Shown here: piece by piece, positions 60,792-64,000 of the stretch
Position numbering within the stretch: the stretch's first letter is position 1
Layout: each line of letters starts with the position of its first letter
Source of the DNA: Dolichospermum compactum NIES-806
GTDB lineage: Bacteria > Cyanobacteriota > Cyanobacteriia > Cyanobacteriales > Nostocaceae
Direction of reading: 5' to 3'
Assembly (NCBI RefSeq): GCF_002368115.1
Contig: NZ_AP018316.1
Location: forward strand, 305,344-369,343
Length of the DNA stretch: 64,000 nt
Translations under genes and position numbers: made by a program
Notes under the pieces: generated by a model
What the model was told of the DNA's origin: nothing
The model's input: only the letters and a program-made list of their open reading frames with translations
Database searches by the model: none

Positions 60792-62339
60792 TTAATTTTT
60801 GGCTGCTGGTTGAGCGCTGGGAATGGTAATGTCTATGGTAGTGACTTTGGCGGCTAAATTGGTTAAGGGTTGTTTCATATCAGCTTGGTTTCCGACTACT
60901 AAGGTGACTAAATTTTCTGGTTTTAAGTATTTCTGCGCTACTCGTTTCACGTCTGCGGTTGTGGTGCTAGTGATGGCTTTTTGATAGCGAAAGAGGAAAT
61001 CGGCAGGATAACCATAATATTCGTATCGCATTAATCTGGATAATGTTTGGCTAGGATCTTGAAAGTTGAAGACAAAGGAGTTTAAGGTGGAGTCTTTGGC
61101 TTTATTTAATTCTTGGACTGTGATATTTGCGGTTTGTAGCCGTTTAATTTCTGTTTCCAGGGATTTGATAAACTGAACTGTGGTTTCGGTGCGGGTTTGT
61201 CCTCCAGCGACGAATGTTCCTGGGTAGTCGAAACGGGGACTCCACATTCCATATACAGAATAAGCTAATCCTTGACGCGATCGCAATTCATTAAATAAGC
61301 GTCCCCCAAAGCCATTTAATACGCTATTCATGACATCTAAGGCTGGATAATCGGGATTGTCGAATTTTCCGCCTAAATGACCAATTAAAACACTACTTTG
61401 GGTGAGGTGGGGTTGATTAACGAAATATACACCACCTAAATTAGCTTGGGTGACTTGTGGTAGTTGGGTTTTGGCAATTTGCGGATTTGGTTTCCAGTCA
61501 CCTAATTTAGCTTGAATGAGCGATCGCATTTTTTGAGCATTAAAATCACCCACAATCCCTAAAATGATCTTATTGGGGTGAAAATACTGTTGATAAAATT
61601 TCTGCAAATCATCACGGGAAATTTTATCGAGCGTTGCATATTCAACTGTCCGGGCATAAGGACTTTCTTGCCCATAAATTAATTTTCTCAACTCTCGACT
61701 GGCAATACTATTAGGATTATCATTGCGTCGAGCAATACTACCGCGAATTTGAGTTTTATCCACATCCAACTTTTCCTGTGCAAAAGCCGGTTCTCGGAGT
61801 ACCTCTGTAAATAACCCAAATACCATGTCTACGTCTTCAGTCAAAGCTTCAAAACTAGCACTTCCAGCCGCTTCACCCATATCTGTTTCCACAGAGGCAG
61901 CCCGTTGTTCTAGAATTTCATTTAATTTATCTGCGGAATGTTTTTGAGTACCACCACTTCGCAATGTCGAACCCACTAAAGTTGCTAAACCTGCTTTTTC
62001 GGATTGTTCCCAACGGCTACCTGTTCTGATTAGTGCTGTACCATTTACCAATGGTAGTTCATGATCTTCCATCAAATAAACTACTAAACCATTTTTGAGG
62101 ACATACCTTTCATACTTGGGTAATTTGATTGCCGATACTGGCGGAAATTGTAATTCATCGTAATGCTTTGCTGTGGTTGCTGCCCAAGAAAAATTCAAAT
62201 TTACGAGCAAACAAGCAGCAACAATCACCAATGTAAAAACAAATCTTTGTCCCTTAAAAAAGTGGAATTTTTTGCTTTTCAAATCTAACCTCAACATATC
62301 TATCTTCAACTTTGGATCAGGATTTATGGCTAACGCCAC
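60792..62339 (-). CDS. M16-family peptidase homologue lacking the HxxEH zinc motif (probable non-catalytic subunit)
   Basis: It has the two-domain M16 layout (...GGRLFNELRSRQGLAYSVYG...) but GLATLVGSTLRSGGTQ where HxxEH would be. The annotated start is GTG, and the M at residue 15 followed by a signal/TM segment is an alternative. Confidence 0.7.
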   Translation of the reverse strand: MALAINPDPKLKIDMLRLDLKSKKFHFFKGQRFVFTLVIVAACLLVNLNFSWAATTAKHYDELQFPPVSAIKLPKYERYVLKNGLVVYLMEDHELPLVNGTALIRTGSRWEQSEKAGLATLVGSTLRSGGTQKHSADKLNEILEQRAASVETDMGEAAGSASFEALTEDVDMVFGLFTEVLREPAFAQEKLDVDKTQIRGSIARRNDNPNSIASRELRKLIYGQESPYARTVEYATLDKISRDDLQKFYQQYFHPNKIILGIVGDFNAQKMRSLIQAKLGDWKPNPQIAKTQLPQVTQANLGGVYFVNQPHLTQSSVLIGHLGGKFDNPDYPALDVMNSVLNGFGGRLFNELRSRQGLAYSVYGMWSPRFDYPGTFVAGGQTRTETTVQFIKSLETEIKRLQTANITVQELNKAKDSTLNSFVFNFQDPSQTLSRLMRYEYYGYPADFLFRYQKAITSTTTADVKRVAQKYLKPENLVTLVVGNQADMKQPLTNLAAKVTTIDITIPSAQPAAKN

Positions 62340-62510
62340 GCTTTGCTATCAAGATTAAAGGATTGATAGGATTAATCTTTAATCCTGTTTGGATTTTGGA
62401 TTTTTAGTACAGCATGACGCAAATAAACCAACTATTTTTAATCGCCAAAAATTTTGCTAAATATTACTTTTGACTTTTGACTTTTGACTTTTGAATTCCG
62501 CCCTGCGGTA

Positions 62511-64000
62511 CTATCCTGGTTGTTTTGACAACAACTTCCCAACTATGCGATTTTCTGGTGTAAATGTGGCTTGGGCTACTCTTTTAATATCTTCAGGAGT
62601 TACAGCGGCAATTTTATCCAATTGCTGAAATAAGTTGCGCCAAGAACCGGTTTTGACTTCATATTCTAACAACTGTGCTGCCATACCGGAATTAGAATCA
62701 AGGCTGCGTAATAAACCGGCTCTAGCTTGGGTTTTCAGTCTTTCTAATTCCACCGCAGATACAGGTTCAGTTTTCAGTTTATCAATTTCTTGGCGTAAGG
62801 CGATCGCCACTTCATCTACTGTTTTCCCTGGAGATGTGAGAGCATAAAAGAAGATAAGATTAGGATACTTGTCTCCTGGAAAGCCACTAGAACCTTGAGC
62901 ATTTAGAGCTAAACTTTGTTTTTCTACTAAAGACTTATAAAGTCTTGATGTTCTCCCATCACTCAATAAACTGCCAATTATTTCATAAACTGCATTATCA
63001 GGATGAGTAACAGCCGGACGATGATAACCTTCTAAATACCAAGGTTGGGTAGGTAGTTCTAAGGTAACTTCTCTGGTGGCGGTTTGCTGGGGTTCTATGG
63101 GTAGTTTTTGTTGAGGTTTCGGTTTAGCTTGATAACGGCCAAAATAAGTTTGTGCCAGTTTTTTGACTTCAGCCGGATTGACATCGCCGACAATCGCAAT
63201 TGTTAAATTGCTAGGAGCATAATAAGCATCAAAAAAGTTTTTAACATTCTCCGGTGTTAAGTTGCGAATATCTTGATCATAACCAATTACTGGTCGGCGG
63301 TAAGGATGAACCTTGAAAGCAGCATCTATGAATTTTTCTACCATCTGACCGATAGGAGAATTTTCAACTCGTAAGCGCCTTTCTTCCAAAATTACTTCTT
63401 TTTCTTTATAGAATTCTCGAAATACAGGATCTAAAAACCGATCTGATTCTAAGGACATCCATAATTCTAATTTATTCGAGGGAAAACTATAAAAATAGCG
63501 AGTAGCTTCCGAAGAAGTAGTTGCATTTAAACCCACACCTCCAGCTTGTTCAACTATTTGCCCCATTTCGTTTTGTTTAACTAATTTCAGGGCTTGAGAT
63601 TCTACTGATTTAAATTCAGTTTCTAACCGGGCTATTTCATCTTTTTTTCCACTAGTTTTTGCGGTTTTGATTTGGTTATCTAAATTTTCTAACTTGGCTA
63701 AAAGTGGTGCTTCGGCTTGATAGTCTGTAGTCCCGATGCGCTTTGTGCCTTTAAATGCTAGATGTTCGAGAAAGTGGGCTACCCCTGTTTGTCCATCTGG
63801 TTCATCAATGCCACCGACATCAGCATAGGTGAGAAAGGAAACTACTGGGGCTTGATGTCTTTCTAAAACGATGAATTTTAGCCCATTATCCAGGCGAAAT
63901 TCGGTGAGACGATTAATTACTTGTTCTAGGTAAGGTTGAATGGAATTTGGGGCTTTTTGCAGGGCTAAAGCTGTTTCCGGTATCCATCCCCAACCAAATA
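62511..64000 (-). CDS. M16-family zinc peptidase (pitrilysin-like, catalytic subunit); the N-terminus lies beyond the right window edge
   Basis: The ORF track starts it at M(63566), but the frame stays open to the window end. Upstream codons read ...GVAHFLEHLAFKGTKRIGTTDYQAEAPLLAKLENL..., which contains the HxxEH zinc motif. So the real gene continues past 64000. Confidence 0.8.
   Translation of the reverse strand, partial: FGWGWIPETALALQKAPNSIQPYLEQVINRLTEFRLDNGLKFIVLERHQAPVVSFLTYADVGGIDEPDGQTGVAHFLEHLAFKGTKRIGTTDYQAEAPLLAKLENLDNQIKTAKTSGKKDEIARLETEFKSVESQALKLVKQNEMGQIVEQAGGVGLNATTSSEATRYFYSFPSNKLELWMSLESDRFLDPVFREFYKEKEVILEERRLRVENSPIGQMVEKFIDAAFKVHPYRRPVIGYDQDIRNLTPENVKNFFDAYYAPSNLTIAIVGDVNPAEVKKLAQTYFGRYQAKPKPQQKLPIEPQQTATREVTLELPTQPWYLEGYHRPAVTHPDNAVYEIIGSLLSDGRTSRLYKSLVEKQSLALNAQGSSGFPGDKYPNLIFFYALTSPGKTVDEVAIALRQEIDKLKTEPVSAVELERLKTQARAGLLRSLDSNSGMAAQLLEYEVKTGSWRNLFQQLDKIAAVTPEDIKRVAQATFTPENRIVGKLLSKQPG

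Overview
This 64-kb window looks like chromosomal DNA from a filamentous, heterocyst-forming cyanobacterium (Nostocales). Evidence for that: heptameric STRR tandem repeats, a GroEL2 with a C-terminal GGM tail, a CIRCE operator, an NtcA box in front of amt, and divergent rbcL / Rubisco activase genes.

The backbone is housekeeping. It includes rbcL (partial, minus strand at the left edge), panB, a PucC/BCD-type transporter with rca, queF, a glycosyltransferase, atpB-atpE, a FeS-type photolyase with its DUF2805 partner, fabG, a WecA/MraY-family transferase, groEL2, rimM, an aminotransferase, hemW, a PIN/TRAM protein, argS, amt and a tandem M16 peptidase pair (the second runs off the right edge).

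Four AT-rich accessory insertions interrupt this backbone:
- (1) An intact IS4-family element (15555-16728, with terminal inverted repeats and a 10-bp target-site duplication). Next to it is a two-gene operon, a 487-aa ABC-type ATPase translationally coupled to a 205-aa TOPRIM-like protein. It resembles a split OLD/PARIS-like module and is the best candidate for an undescribed defence system.
- (2) A solitary 1259-aa Type IIG restriction-modification enzyme lodged right after atpE.
- (3) A flotillin gene bracketed by two nearly identical 160-bp MITE copies in direct orientation, with a small LRR protein just outside the second copy.
- (4) An AIPR abortive-infection protein followed by a Type III mod-res pair.

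The intergenic DNA is dense with small repeats. These include at least three MITE-like families, STRR heptamer tracts, GC-rich hairpin repeats, an IS200 tnpA remnant and a Uma2 nuclease remnant. Several of these repeats intrude into coding sequence.

All calls come from reading the translations and sequence by eye. No database search was run, so family assignments are recognition-based and hedged. Several starts in the ORF track are TTG/GTG-extended; the features below give the more likely ATG where the sequence was inspected.
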